Source: a virus (lineage: Duplodnaviria; Caudoviricetes). Taken from it: a stretch of 64,000 bases of DNA. Both the position numbers and the translations under genes were made by a program. The stretch lies in the IMG/VR virus record IMGVR_UViG_3300037755_000591, positions 1 to 64,000 of that record; one strand, written 5' to 3'. A model generated the notes under the pieces. The model was given only the letters and a program-made list of their open reading frames with translations, was not told the origin of the DNA and made no database searches. Below, piece after piece: positions 46,316-56,777 of the stretch; position 1 is the stretch's first letter, and every line of letters begins with the position of its first letter.

Positions 46316-47460
46316 ATTCTCCTAAAATAATGGTGAACGTGGACTCGCGCCCCGCCTGTATTACCAATAACCATATAGTTTCGTCCCGGATAGAGTTGTC
46401 CGGGCCAATCACCACAAGTACGATTAACCGCACTCGCCATACTAAAGAGTATTGCCCCGTCCCGCATGACAAACCCGCCACCTGCCACGTCGCCGATGAC
46501 GGCAATATCGGTTGACTCAATCGTGATACCGAGACTGGCTGCAATCGCCGCGATGTCTGCCCAATCTAAAAATGTGACACACTCTTGTTGGCTGAAACCA
46601 ATGTCGCGAGTTACCCGCATTTCTACACCATCTAGTGAGGGAATATTGTCAAATACATACATGCTCAAAGGCGGCGCACTCCAATATTTAGGATCAACCC
46701 GTATGCCCGTCCCAATAAAGGTTGGCTCATCCGTCCAACCCTGTGAAACCCACCCCGTTTTTACATCTATCTTGTGCTGGTTCTCATGCAGAATTTGACA
46801 AAATTCGGGATCAAAAAACGGCGCGATGTTGGTGACGTTCTTTTTCATAAAGAAGCGACACGGGTATTTCTCAGTGGATAACGACTGACAAGTAGGCCAT
46901 GGCTTAAAATTATCAATATACGGGGTTTTAAGGATAGTTGTCCCCGTGCCAATTTCGCCCTCCGGCGACCAATACCAGAGCATTCGATTGAGCGGTTTCC
47001 AATAGCTCTTGGTTTCAAATGCCAGATCACATGTGTAGGAAAAATTATTATTCGATTTAATTTGAAGTTTGGTTATTCGGGCGCGATTGTGGAGCCAGAG
47101 GAAACGACACCCCCGACAACATCTCTCGCATTTACAACATGACTTATCATGTAAATCCACGCCAGATTCCCCCACCCGCTCGAAGCCTATAATATCAACT
47201 TCGAGTCCAAGCATTCGCTCTAGTTTTTGCATGTACTGCCCATCGCTGTGCAGTGTGTCACTGAAAAGCTGAAGCGTGAATGAATACTTCCGCACCTTGG
47301 GCTTAAATTGTGTGGACGGCATGAAAACCTTATTACTATCCTGAAAGTTTTTAGCGTCGCCTTGCGCCTCAAGCGTGATGGAGGGGAAGTCGATTATATG
47401 GGCATGTAGGGAAACGTCGCCGATTTGAAATATATTTTGAATTGCAGCGGGACCTGACAT
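46312..47460 (-). CDS. Putative distal tail (Dit-like) protein
   Basis: First gene after the tape measure; Cys cluster SCCKCERCCRGC; GQLYPGRN near the C-terminus. Confidence 0.55.
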   Translation of the reverse strand: MSGPAAIQNIFQIGDVSLHAHIIDFPSITLEAQGDAKNFQDSNKVFMPSTQFKPKVRKYSFTLQLFSDTLHSDGQYMQKLERMLGLEVDIIGFERVGESGVDLHDKSCCKCERCCRGCRFLWLHNRARITKLQIKSNNNFSYTCDLAFETKSYWKPLNRMLWYWSPEGEIGTGTTILKTPYIDNFKPWPTCQSLSTEKYPCRFFMKKNVTNIAPFFDPEFCQILHENQHKIDVKTGWVSQGWTDEPTFIGTGIRVDPKYWSAPPLSMYVFDNIPSLDGVEMRVTRDIGFSQQECVTFLDWADIAAIAASLGITIESTDIAVIGDVAGGGFVMRDGAILFSMASAVNRTCGDWPGQLYPGRNYMVIGNTGGARVHVHHYFRRM

Positions 47461-50400
47461 TACAATGTACTCCTTAAACCACCATTGCGGCGCGGCGGAT
47501 TATTTCTCTGTGCAATTTCAATCGCATCCATAACCACTTCCGCTAAGGCAAATGGATCATTTACATCCGTACCTTCTGGTATCGCCACATTGACATCCCC
47601 GAATTGGCTAGTATTGATAATCGTTGATCCCCCACCACCACCCATCGGTGCAGCACGTTCAAGTCCAACCCCAAATGGCATTTCAACGAAACTTTCTAGC
47701 AGGCTGACCAATTGCGGGTCGCGTTGAACCAATTGCCCACCTCTGCCCACTACAACTTCGTTATAGTGGAGTTCTGCCAAGAATGAATCATCCGCATTGC
47801 CGGGTCCGGTATAGCCACCGGTTTCAAATTGCGGGACATCTTCTGTATTATTCCTACCAGCGTTATTGAAACTGTTCGGGATACCGCCAAGAGCGGCCCC
47901 GACTGTTCCAGCGGTATAGCGCAAATTGGCTAACGCCTCTTCCATGCGCTGGATTTGACCGATCATCAAATTAGTATTCGCGGTAAGTGAAAAGTTCGCT
48001 AACGCAAATTGACTTTGAATGGTGATGGAAGCGATTGTGGTTAAACGAGTAATATTCGATAGTGATGAAAGCAGTTGTGCGAATAATGTTTCTACTTGCG
48101 GATATTGCTCATTAAATCCGAGAACAAATCCCTCTATGAAATTACCAGCAATTCGAGCCGCAACGGTCGAGGGCGATTCAACACCCAAAGAAGATTCCGC
48201 ACCCTCGGTAATAGCATCACCCGCGTCCGCCCCCGCATCTACCGCACTTTGACGGTTATCCTCAATACCCTGTATCAGTCCAGCGACAAAATCTTGCCCC
48301 ACATTTTCAGCAGCTACAAGCAATGGGCTATCTGCATCGAGGACTACACCCGCCTCAATTGCATCTTGAAGCAGTTGTTGATCCTCTTCGGACAATGTAA
48401 TGTCTTCCGGGTTTTCCACAGTGGCTTGTTCATAACTAACCCGAAGCTCAAGCAATTCAACAACTCGATCCGCGTTTTTAGCATCAAGAGCCGCTTGTAA
48501 TTCGTCGTCTAGGGCGGTATTAATTTCATCGCCAAACACGCCTGTTGGGTCGATGAAGCCCTGTGCTACAAGGTCGTCTGGTCTTGCTAATGCGAAGTTG
48601 AGACCACTTAAAATAACTTCTGTATCGTCGCTTGATAAAGCGTCTGATATAAAATTAAAGGCATCGTTAACATTGACAAGTTCTGCCGTGCCTGTTTCCA
48701 CAGCAATATTTGCCGCATCCATCCGTACAAGAATATCGCTGCTATTCAACTCGTCATTGAGAATAGCAACAAAGTTGTCGCGGAAGCCGGGGATTTGTAA
48801 CTGGGCCGGATCGAAGGCGCTAAACCCTTGCAATATGCTAAGGAACACATCATCAGCGAGTTCGGCAGCATCTTCTGGTGGTAAATTAAATGTCCCCTGT
48901 TCGATCAGGGCCGCTGCAAAATCGGGGACTAGACCTTCTGCAACATCTAACGCTCTTAGGAACGATTCAGTATCAGAGAAAATACCAAATGCGCCTAAGT
49001 CAACTTGACTGAGTAAAGCGGGATCGTTAAAACTCTCAAGGATAACTTGGAAGGCTTGAGAGGGATCAAGACCTTGGGCAACTAAATCATTGAAATTATT
49101 GACCAATTCTTCTTGGGCAACTCGTAATGCGTCGGGATCAAGCCCGACACTAATGTTACTGGCAGCGTCTTGAACATTACTAAATGCTTCTTCAAGGTCT
49201 TCTGCCGCCCGTTTTGCCTCAAGGGTTTGTTCAATATCACCCGTTAAATCAACAGGCCCAACATCACTAAATGGTGATAACTGGTTGATAATACCGATCA
49301 GAACATTAATGGCGGTCTCGACCCCGCCAAGAATGAACAAGGCAAACTCTAAGAGCGCCTCAGTCAACGTCGATTTGATGTTATCAGGCAGAAGGTTCCC
49401 AAATAGCCCCGTCAATGCCCCCACCAAATCAAGTGCCAAATCAGGGCCAAAAGTAGCCAAATCACCAATTAGCCGCAACACATCATCAACCACTGCGCCC
49501 AAATCGCCCGACGCAATGCTGTCAAATAGACTCTTGAAGTTATCAATTAAGTCAGTAATGGCGGATGGAACCGTTATGTTTCCCGTAATCTGTTCGATGA
49601 AACCAATGATTTCATCCAGTCCGGGAATAGAGATGTCCAGTGATAAAGCACTAAACGCGCTTTCAATGGCTGTCTTGAAGCCATCCAGCGACAAATCGCC
49701 GGGCAGTAGGTCATTCAAACCCCCGAAAATTGCGTCGATAGCGGCGTTGGTTGCATCTTCTACCCCATCCGTGTCTATACCTAGCAGATTGGCTAGGTTG
49801 AAGATGGTAGCGAATAGCCCCTGAACCGCGCTCTTGGCAATATCAAGGAATGAAGTTAAGGCCCCGCTTATATCACCGGCTGCAATATCATTGAAATATC
49901 CAAAGATTGAATCAAGTAAGGCCCCAACTCCGGCCTCTGCGCCAGTGGTATCAATACCCAATAGGTTAAGCAGATCAAATGCCAGCCCTAAAACCCCACG
50001 CACGGCGGTTTCAACAATCCCCAAGAAACTTTGGAGCGCGGCAGTGATGTTACCTGCGGAAATGTCGTCGAAGATACTGAACAAGGTATCAATTAATATA
50101 CTTGCGCCAGCTTCCGCGCCAGTGGTATCAATACCAAGCAGGTTGAGGAAATCGAAAGCTAATCCAAGCAGTCCACTAAGGGCTTGTGTGAAGATTGTAC
50201 CGACATCCCCGATGGCTCCAAGTACATCAGCGACCGTCAAGTTACGCAGCGGGGCAAGTAAATCATTTAAGAAGTCGCCGAGGCTAATGTCCCCGGTGAG
50301 CAAATCGCCGATACTACTAAACAACCCGCTAAAGGCATCAGTGATTGAGGATATGTCTATGCCTGTTAAATCTTGGAAGATGTCACCAACGGAGGATACA

Positions 50401-53400
50401 ATGTCGCGCAGTAAAGCAAATCCCCGAATGAGGATGTTTATTAGTAAATGGGGCAATTGACGCATACCGTCTAGTAAACCATTTACAATTTCCTCTCCTA
50501 TTTCAAGGAATACTTTCGAAGGCGAACTAATACCTAGAAAATCTAGAACTGCATCAATCATTCCAGCAAAGAAATCAATTACAGAATCGATCACGGAATC
50601 GAAGGTGCTGAGTAGACTTGTGCCAAAAATATTGTCAAAGATACCTAGAATGGTACGTTCTATTCCGAGGAAAACTTTGACTACTGCTTTGACAACATTT
50701 GAAAGACCGCGAACAATACGCGCCGGATCAAGGGTAAATATGCCTGCAATTACATCAATTATGCCGCCAAGTGCGCCAAGTACAGGTTGAATCAACACGT
50801 CATTTAGGAGTGGCCCAACAAACCCGAATATTGCTCCTAATGCTGATGCTATGAACGACCCTAAATCATCAAAGAAGTTTCCTATGCTGTCGAAAGCTGA
50901 CTGTAACGAATCTGCAATATTTGTGCCAAAGATACTGTCAATTAGTCCGGCAACCAGCAGGATTACATCACCAACGCCCTCAGCGAAACCAGTGACAAGC
51001 CCAACAAATAAATCAAGAACACCATCAGCCGTTTTCTTTATGCCGTCTAGCAATAAACTAAAGTCGCCAGTCACAATGCCTTGGATGATTTGTCCAAGGC
51101 CGGTCAGGATTTGAACCAACGGACCAATCGTGTCTTCTATGACGTTGATTGCAACAATGGCGATTGCCGCAAAGGTGAGAAAGCCTGTACCGACTGCCGT
51201 TATCCCGCCGAGCAATGCTGGGCCGGCAATGACAGCAACAACTGCGCCAAGCGCAATAAGCAGTGAATCCAAGTTGCCATCGTCAATAACATCAGCTATC
51301 GCAGTACGGAAATTGTTAAAAGCATCAACAAAAGGTTCAATGACGATAGGTGCGGCAAATTCAACAAAGTTGATAAATTTAGTGAACGCTATCGAGAAAA
51401 TATCAATAGCTACCGCTGCTAGATTAATGGCGGTTGCAATGCCCGTGAAGAATAATGAAAGCCCAACGGTAGTTGCGATTTCAAATATCTCATCAAGTAG
51501 ATCAAGAATTGATCCACCGCCACCCTCACCGGCTGCTTGAGTGTCGCCGCCGCCAAAGAGGGCATCTGTAAATGTGCGGGCTGCATCAATTATTGAATTA
51601 AATGCGTTGACAACCTTCGTCACACCTTCCGATTCTGCAAAGGCGATCACCGAGGACTGAAGGTTCAGCAGGGCATCTTCAATTAATCGGAATGAGTCGA
51701 TTACAACCTGAGTCCGTTCATCTGATAACCCCAATACATTGCTCAGGAAAATATCGAGGATTGCTGCGCCTAAATCAAACAAAACGCCGGGTAGTGCGGC
51801 TAGCCCCTGAACTAAACCATCAATAATACTCCCGCCTAGTTCGGCGAATATTGTGGACGGCGACGAAATACCCAAGATGTCTTTGAAGCCGTCGATGATG
51901 GCTTGTCCGAACTCTCGACCTAGTTCAAAAATATTGCCGATACCAGCGAGTAAGCCATCAAGTATCGACTGACCAATGTCACGGAAGGTGGTTTCGCCAC
52001 GTAAAAGCGATGTCAATGTATCCGCAAACGTTGATAATAAACCCAAGAATCCCGCGAGGGCGTTGAAGACTCCAGTGCCTTCTTTGGCGACAAAGCTAAT
52101 GAAGTCGGTAAAGACCCCAAAGAGTGCTACTGCACCTACTGCACTCAATCGAAGCAGACTACCAGCCAAGGAAATAAACGCCCCGATTGCCGCTCTAAAT
52201 CCGGGGTTGTTGATAACGTCCCCAATTGCCGAAAAGAAACGTTGAATGGTGGCAAATGCGGTCGCTGTAATTTGGCGAAGTTCAACGCCAATATCTTCGA
52301 TACGCAGTTGAATCTTGGCAATCGTGTCGATAAAGGTGTCTGGATCATCACCTAATATTGCCCGAACGAGTGGGTTTTGGATCAATCGACTACGTAATAA
52401 TTGTTGACGGGTTTCGAGTAAGCGATTGGCACGTCGCGCTTCAGCATCAATTTCATCGGCAAATTCAGTATCAATACCGAGTTTTTCACGAAGCGCTATT
52501 TCCTCATTGATTTCAGCAATGCGGTCGCTAATCTCATCGGTTTCGAGAGCAACTTGTCCGGGTATCTGGATTACCTGACCTGTCCTAATAAGATTACGAT
52601 CTGTAATTTCAGGATTTGCGGCCAAAATATCTTCAATAGTAACACCGAAGCGGCTGGATAAATCGGACAAGGTATCACCCGCCACAACAGTATGTTCGGC
52701 AGTGCCAGTTAGAGCATTATTGATACCGTTGATTTCATCTGTAACCTCTGCCGCACGATTGCGTAATTCTGTGATTTCATCGACTGCACCCCCGCCCAGT
52801 TCTAAGCCAATGATCTGTTGATTAATTAAATCAAGTTCAGACTGAAGTTCGTCACGTCGCGACGCGCTTTGCTCTGCACGTTCTTGTTCAAGTCTTGTGC
52901 GCTCGGCGATTAAGTCATTAACCGCAGCTTCCCGATCATGTATTTCGTCAGCCTGTCCAGTCCCAAAATCTATGTCCGCTTGAAGATTTAGGAAATCAAA
53001 GAAACCCGTTGCAATCTCAACCAAACCAATCAGGTCTTCAATACCATCAGCTAGTTTTTCGATAACCTGCCCGACAACATTTAAGCTGCCGTCAGCCGAG
53101 TTACCAAGATTATCAAACTCAGTGACGGCCCGAATAACATTGTCAACGAATGTAAACACCGACCCTGCGAGTTCCCCAATGGCTCCAAACAGACGACCCG
53201 TAACCTCGAAGAGTCTGTCGAACGAGTCACGGGCTTCTATTGCTAATGCCACAACAATGCCGATGGCACTCCCAATGGCAACAAAAGCGGCACTTAACAA
53301 AAGCGTTTGAGCAAGGGCAACTGGACTAAGAATGAGACCAAGTAACCGCCCAAATGTTATCAGAGACGGCCCAATCGTCAGTTTAAGTAACCCGCCCATA

Positions 53401-55808
53401 ATATTGAATAAACCAGCGAGTGTCACCAACGTCGGGATAAGGATTGCCACCCCCGCCCCAAGTGACAAAATTGTGCCGTCTAGGTCTGTAACGGCATTAA
53501 CCAGATCAATTCCCTCTTCCAGAATGGGTTTCAGGAAGTCGTTAAGGAGTGGTCTAAATGCGGTGATAATTAGATTCTGAATAGAACCTTGCAGAGAAAT
53601 CAGACGACCTCTAAAGGTGTCCATCTGCGCTTCGGCCAATACCTGAGCAGTGTTAGCAGTTTCGAGAGAAACCGCATATTCGCTAAAGGCGAGTGTGCCA
53701 TCATCCGCCGTTGAAATCAGTGCTTTAATCGCTGATACAGCGTTGCGGTCGCCGAGGGCAGACAAGAGTTCATTAATCTTCTCTGTCGATAACCCATCGA
53801 GTGAGCCTTGGAATTGTAGCAGTAGATTTTCCAAGCCAACAAATTCGCCTTGGGCATCAAAGACACTGACACCAAGTTCATCGAGTGCTGATTGTGCAGC
53901 ATCCGTAGGCGCGGCTAAGGATGCAAACACAGCCCGTAAGCCTGTACCCGCACGCTCACTCCGAATACCTTGGTCATTGAGTACCGCCAACGCCGTCGCG
54001 GTGTCTTCAATACTGATACCTAATCCACGCGCATCATTGGCAACAAAGCCAAATGCTTGCCCTAATGTCGTAACATCAGCCGTCGATATATCAGCCGCCG
54101 CCACAAACGCATTGACCACACGTTCGGCATCTTCGAAGGCTAGCCCAAAACCATTGATAGATTGAATCGTGAGATCAGTCGCAGTTTGTAGATTTAAGAG
54201 CGGATCAGCAGCAGCAAGGAAACCAATATCATCAATACTTGCCAGCGCCTCGACTGTATCAAGACCCGCTTTTTGTAGTCCAAGGAAGGCCGCAGCGGTT
54301 TCTTGCGGACTAAAAATAGTTGCCGCACTAAAGTCGGCGAGTGCCTTTTCAACATTGTCAAGCTCATCTATGGTCAAGCGACCAAAGATTTCAATTTGTT
54401 TTAAGGTTTGGTCGAATACACCAACATCGCCGATCAACCGTCCGGTAAGAAAACCAGCAATACCACCGGTCGTTAATTGCCGTAACCCAGTATCAAATTG
54501 TTGGCGACCTGATTCGGCAATGCGTTGCCCCAAACCAACGAAGCCGTTAACAATGTTATCGCGGAAAGTAGCAAACTGACCAATTACTTCACTAAATACA
54601 GTTTGAACCCCGCTGAAGCCGGCCCGCAATGCATTTATAAATGTGGAGCCGATACGCCGTCCAATATCAAGGAAACTTCCGATTGATTGGAACGGCTTAA
54701 TGAACCCTGCGATAGCATCTTGTGCGATTTGCGCCGTGGCCCGTGATGGCGAACTAATCAGTAATATCCGCTTAAGTCCGCCCAAGAAACTGCGACCGCC
54801 ACCCTCCCCCGCTTCTTCAAAGGCTTCATCGAAGTCCCCTAGGTTAAAACCTTGAGCGACCGCTGAAGCGATCTGTCGAACAGCATTGCTAAATTGATTT
54901 GCGGCATCTGCATCAAAACGAAAACCACTACTGGCCACGCGCAGCAAATTAGCCATGCCCTCAACTGCACGAGAAATGCTATTAAATTGTTGCGGGTTGG
55001 GAACACGAATATTGGCAAGGGCTTGAACTGATTGCGCCAATATCTTCGTAAAGGGACGAATACCTTGAAGAAGGCTGGTCAACCTTGATCGAGCGGAAAA
55101 TATACTACCAATGTTGCCGATACTAACCTCAACCCGCTCAATCTGTCGTAGCTGGTTGATAACGTCGGTGATCGACCGAATAACGGTAGCCACCCCTCGA
55201 ATGCCCGATATATTCTGGACTTTTGAGAGGGGTTCAAGGGAATCCGCTAGTAACTTGGTGAAGGGACGAATACCTTGGAGGAATTTGGTCAGGCGGGTAT
55301 TCCGTCCAAATAGAGACGCTAGTTTTCCAAACTTGCTATCATCAACGGGAATATCTTTGAACTCAGTGATGATGTCAACTAATGAGCGTACTGTTGTGGC
55401 GACGGCTCGAAGATTCTGAGGGGAGCGAATATTGCCAATGCTCTCAAAGGCAGAATTTAAAGTTTTGGCTAAATTCTGTAACCCGGCAAGGGCATTACTC
55501 CGGCCTGCTAACAGACCGCCGAAACGTCGATTGTCCAATTCCTTCCCAATTTCCTCAAGGGATTTAAGGAAGTTTCTTATGGAGTTTATAAAACGCGACG
55601 TATCAGTTGTTTTGATGCTTCCCATTGAGGAAGCCAATTTGGTTAATGCATTAACAACATTATCAAAGTTGGACTCGAAATTATTGAAGCCAGACCCGAA
55701 CGATTTAAATGTAGTGTTGAGCTTATTTACCAATTTATCTAAGTTGGTAAACGCATCAGTCATTTGATCGAAGTTATTCAGATCAATCGTTAATCCGGGG
55801 GCAGCCAT
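47460..55808 (-). CDS. Tape measure protein with internal LysM domain (2782 aa)
   Basis: TP901-type core (FSPQETAAAFLGLQKAG..LAVLNDQGIRSERAGTGLR), long amphipathic repeats, four LGIxSPS-type motifs, LysM at 52557-52694. Confidence 0.95.
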   Translation of the reverse strand: MAAPGLTIDLNNFDQMTDAFTNLDKLVNKLNTTFKSFGSGFNNFESNFDNVVNALTKLASSMGSIKTTDTSRFINSIRNFLKSLEEIGKELDNRRFGGLLAGRSNALAGLQNLAKTLNSAFESIGNIRSPQNLRAVATTVRSLVDIITEFKDIPVDDSKFGKLASLFGRNTRLTKFLQGIRPFTKLLADSLEPLSKVQNISGIRGVATVIRSITDVINQLRQIERVEVSIGNIGSIFSARSRLTSLLQGIRPFTKILAQSVQALANIRVPNPQQFNSISRAVEGMANLLRVASSGFRFDADAANQFSNAVRQIASAVAQGFNLGDFDEAFEEAGEGGGRSFLGGLKRILLISSPSRATAQIAQDAIAGFIKPFQSIGSFLDIGRRIGSTFINALRAGFSGVQTVFSEVIGQFATFRDNIVNGFVGLGQRIAESGRQQFDTGLRQLTTGGIAGFLTGRLIGDVGVFDQTLKQIEIFGRLTIDELDNVEKALADFSAATIFSPQETAAAFLGLQKAGLDTVEALASIDDIGFLAAADPLLNLQTATDLTIQSINGFGLAFEDAERVVNAFVAAADISTADVTTLGQAFGFVANDARGLGISIEDTATALAVLNDQGIRSERAGTGLRAVFASLAAPTDAAQSALDELGVSVFDAQGEFVGLENLLLQFQGSLDGLSTEKINELLSALGDRNAVSAIKALISTADDGTLAFSEYAVSLETANTAQVLAEAQMDTFRGRLISLQGSIQNLIITAFRPLLNDFLKPILEEGIDLVNAVTDLDGTILSLGAGVAILIPTLVTLAGLFNIMGGLLKLTIGPSLITFGRLLGLILSPVALAQTLLLSAAFVAIGSAIGIVVALAIEARDSFDRLFEVTGRLFGAIGELAGSVFTFVDNVIRAVTEFDNLGNSADGSLNVVGQVIEKLADGIEDLIGLVEIATGFFDFLNLQADIDFGTGQADEIHDREAAVNDLIAERTRLEQERAEQSASRRDELQSELDLINQQIIGLELGGGAVDEITELRNRAAEVTDEINGINNALTGTAEHTVVAGDTLSDLSSRFGVTIEDILAANPEITDRNLIRTGQVIQIPGQVALETDEISDRIAEINEEIALREKLGIDTEFADEIDAEARRANRLLETRQQLLRSRLIQNPLVRAILGDDPDTFIDTIAKIQLRIEDIGVELRQITATAFATIQRFFSAIGDVINNPGFRAAIGAFISLAGSLLRLSAVGAVALFGVFTDFISFVAKEGTGVFNALAGFLGLLSTFADTLTSLLRGETTFRDIGQSILDGLLAGIGNIFELGREFGQAIIDGFKDILGISSPSTIFAELGGSIIDGLVQGLAALPGVLFDLGAAILDIFLSNVLGLSDERTQVVIDSFRLIEDALLNLQSSVIAFAESEGVTKVVNAFNSIIDAARTFTDALFGGGDTQAAGEGGGGSILDLLDEIFEIATTVGLSLFFTGIATAINLAAVAIDIFSIAFTKFINFVEFAAPIVIEPFVDAFNNFRTAIADVIDDGNLDSLLIALGAVVAVIAGPALLGGITAVGTGFLTFAAIAIVAINVIEDTIGPLVQILTGLGQIIQGIVTGDFSLLLDGIKKTADGVLDLFVGLVTGFAEGVGDVILLVAGLIDSIFGTNIADSLQSAFDSIGNFFDDLGSFIASALGAIFGFVGPLLNDVLIQPVLGALGGIIDVIAGIFTLDPARIVRGLSNVVKAVVKVFLGIERTILGIFDNIFGTSLLSTFDSVIDSVIDFFAGMIDAVLDFLGISSPSKVFLEIGEEIVNGLLDGMRQLPHLLINILIRGFALLRDIVSSVGDIFQDLTGIDISSITDAFSGLFSSIGDLLTGDISLGDFLNDLLAPLRNLTVADVLGAIGDVGTIFTQALSGLLGLAFDFLNLLGIDTTGAEAGASILIDTLFSIFDDISAGNITAALQSFLGIVETAVRGVLGLAFDLLNLLGIDTTGAEAGVGALLDSIFGYFNDIAAGDISGALTSFLDIAKSAVQGLFATIFNLANLLGIDTDGVEDATNAAIDAIFGGLNDLLPGDLSLDGFKTAIESAFSALSLDISIPGLDEIIGFIEQITGNITVPSAITDLIDNFKSLFDSIASGDLGAVVDDVLRLIGDLATFGPDLALDLVGALTGLFGNLLPDNIKSTLTEALLEFALFILGGVETAINVLIGIINQLSPFSDVGPVDLTGDIEQTLEAKRAAEDLEEAFSNVQDAASNISVGLDPDALRVAQEELVNNFNDLVAQGLDPSQAFQVILESFNDPALLSQVDLGAFGIFSDTESFLRALDVAEGLVPDFAAALIEQGTFNLPPEDAAELADDVFLSILQGFSAFDPAQLQIPGFRDNFVAILNDELNSSDILVRMDAANIAVETGTAELVNVNDAFNFISDALSSDDTEVILSGLNFALARPDDLVAQGFIDPTGVFGDEINTALDDELQAALDAKNADRVVELLELRVSYEQATVENPEDITLSEEDQQLLQDAIEAGVVLDADSPLLVAAENVGQDFVAGLIQGIEDNRQSAVDAGADAGDAITEGAESSLGVESPSTVAARIAGNFIEGFVLGFNEQYPQVETLFAQLLSSLSNITRLTTIASITIQSQFALANFSLTANTNLMIGQIQRMEEALANLRYTAGTVGAALGGIPNSFNNAGRNNTEDVPQFETGGYTGPGNADDSFLAELHYNEVVVGRGGQLVQRDPQLVSLLESFVEMPFGVGLERAAPMGGGGGSTIINTSQFGDVNVAIPEGTDVNDPFALAEVVMDAIEIAQRNNPPRRNGGLRSTL

Positions 55809-55809
55809 T

Positions 55810-56415
55810 CTATCCTCTAGTTGTTGGAGTTAAGGTATCGAAATCAACGAACGTCCACCCTTTCAGTTCGTCAATTTTGGCTATATCTTTTTTCAATTCT
55901 TCTGCAATAGCAGAAGACCAGAAGCGCGGCGGAATACCTCGTCTGATCCGTCCGGCTGCAATCGTTCGATAATCCCCTGTAAATCCAGCAAAAGGGGATG
56001 CATCCAAAATATCTTGCTCGGTGCGGTTTTGGACACGAACCGGGAAACGGGCTGTTTTCGGTTGGGTAATCGTTTTGGTCCCAAAATCAATCCAATACCA
56101 TAGCGGGTGCGGATTGCCATTTAAAACAACAAGGCTATTGACCTCAATCAATATGCCTTTATTCGGGATTATCCGTGCCTTAGTATTAAATTTGACCGTT
56201 GGCAAGTTATAAGCTTTGCCCCATTCCGAATCAGAACGCCGATTACTGCCCCGTCCCCCTGACCAATGCGCGAACGTGCGCTCATATTGTGTTGTCAGGT
56301 ATTTGTTGATTGTAGGAATGATATGTTGAGAAGTGATCCGCAAGGCTTCTATCAATAACTTATTCCTAATGGTTTTTACGAACGCAGGCGTGAACTCCTG
56401 TACTTTGACTGGCAT
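55810..56415 (-). CDS. HK97 gp10-like tail completion / neck protein
   Basis: WIDFGT..RRGIPPRFW; position in the tail module. Confidence 0.55.
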   Translation of the reverse strand: MPVKVQEFTPAFVKTIRNKLLIEALRITSQHIIPTINKYLTTQYERTFAHWSGGRGSNRRSDSEWGKAYNLPTVKFNTKARIIPNKGILIEVNSLVVLNGNPHPLWYWIDFGTKTITQPKTARFPVRVQNRTEQDILDASPFAGFTGDYRTIAAGRIRRGIPPRFWSSAIAEELKKDIAKIDELKGWTFVDFDTLTPTTRG

Positions 56416-56777
56416 TATCGTCGCCTTCCAAGCCAGTTCCGCTTCCGTGATGGCTTTGATGTTGTCGGCGGTTTATTGGCATCATTTTTTAATCGCTCTA
56501 ATGCACGATGATTTTCCGCTGCATATCGTTGGCAAACCTCCAACATGTTCCCGTACTCAAGTTGGACGATAATTGCCGCCTTGTCACGCAACGAATATCC
56601 ACCATCCTCCCATTCGTGACGATCAATATTGGGGTTGTTCTTTAAAACCGAAAGCTCCCAATACTTGTTGGGAGCCGCGTCGATTACTGTTGGTCCAAGG
56701 ACCTTATATTTGAGTTTTTCATTTTCCTCAAATATTTGGGTCAATCTCTTGTACCACACCCGGAGTTTCATCGTGCC
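56415..56777 (-). CDS. Tail assembly chaperone, downstream (T) frame
   Basis: Overlaps the upstream chaperone ORF; reachable by a -2/+1 shift at G9 or from ATG 56771. Confidence 0.5.
   Translation of the reverse strand, partial: GTMKLRVWYKRLTQIFEENEKLKYKVLGPTVIDAAPNKYWELSVLKNNPNIDRHEWEDGGYSLRDKAAIIVQLEYGNMLEVCQRYAAENHRALERLKNDANKPPTTSKPSRKRNWLGRRR

Noticed and set aside
47485-55767. Many plus-strand ORFs of 60-208 aa opposite the tape measure
   Set aside because: Antisense shadows of a long ORF with biased codon use; no RBS or motifs. The same applies to most nested ORFs elsewhere in the track.
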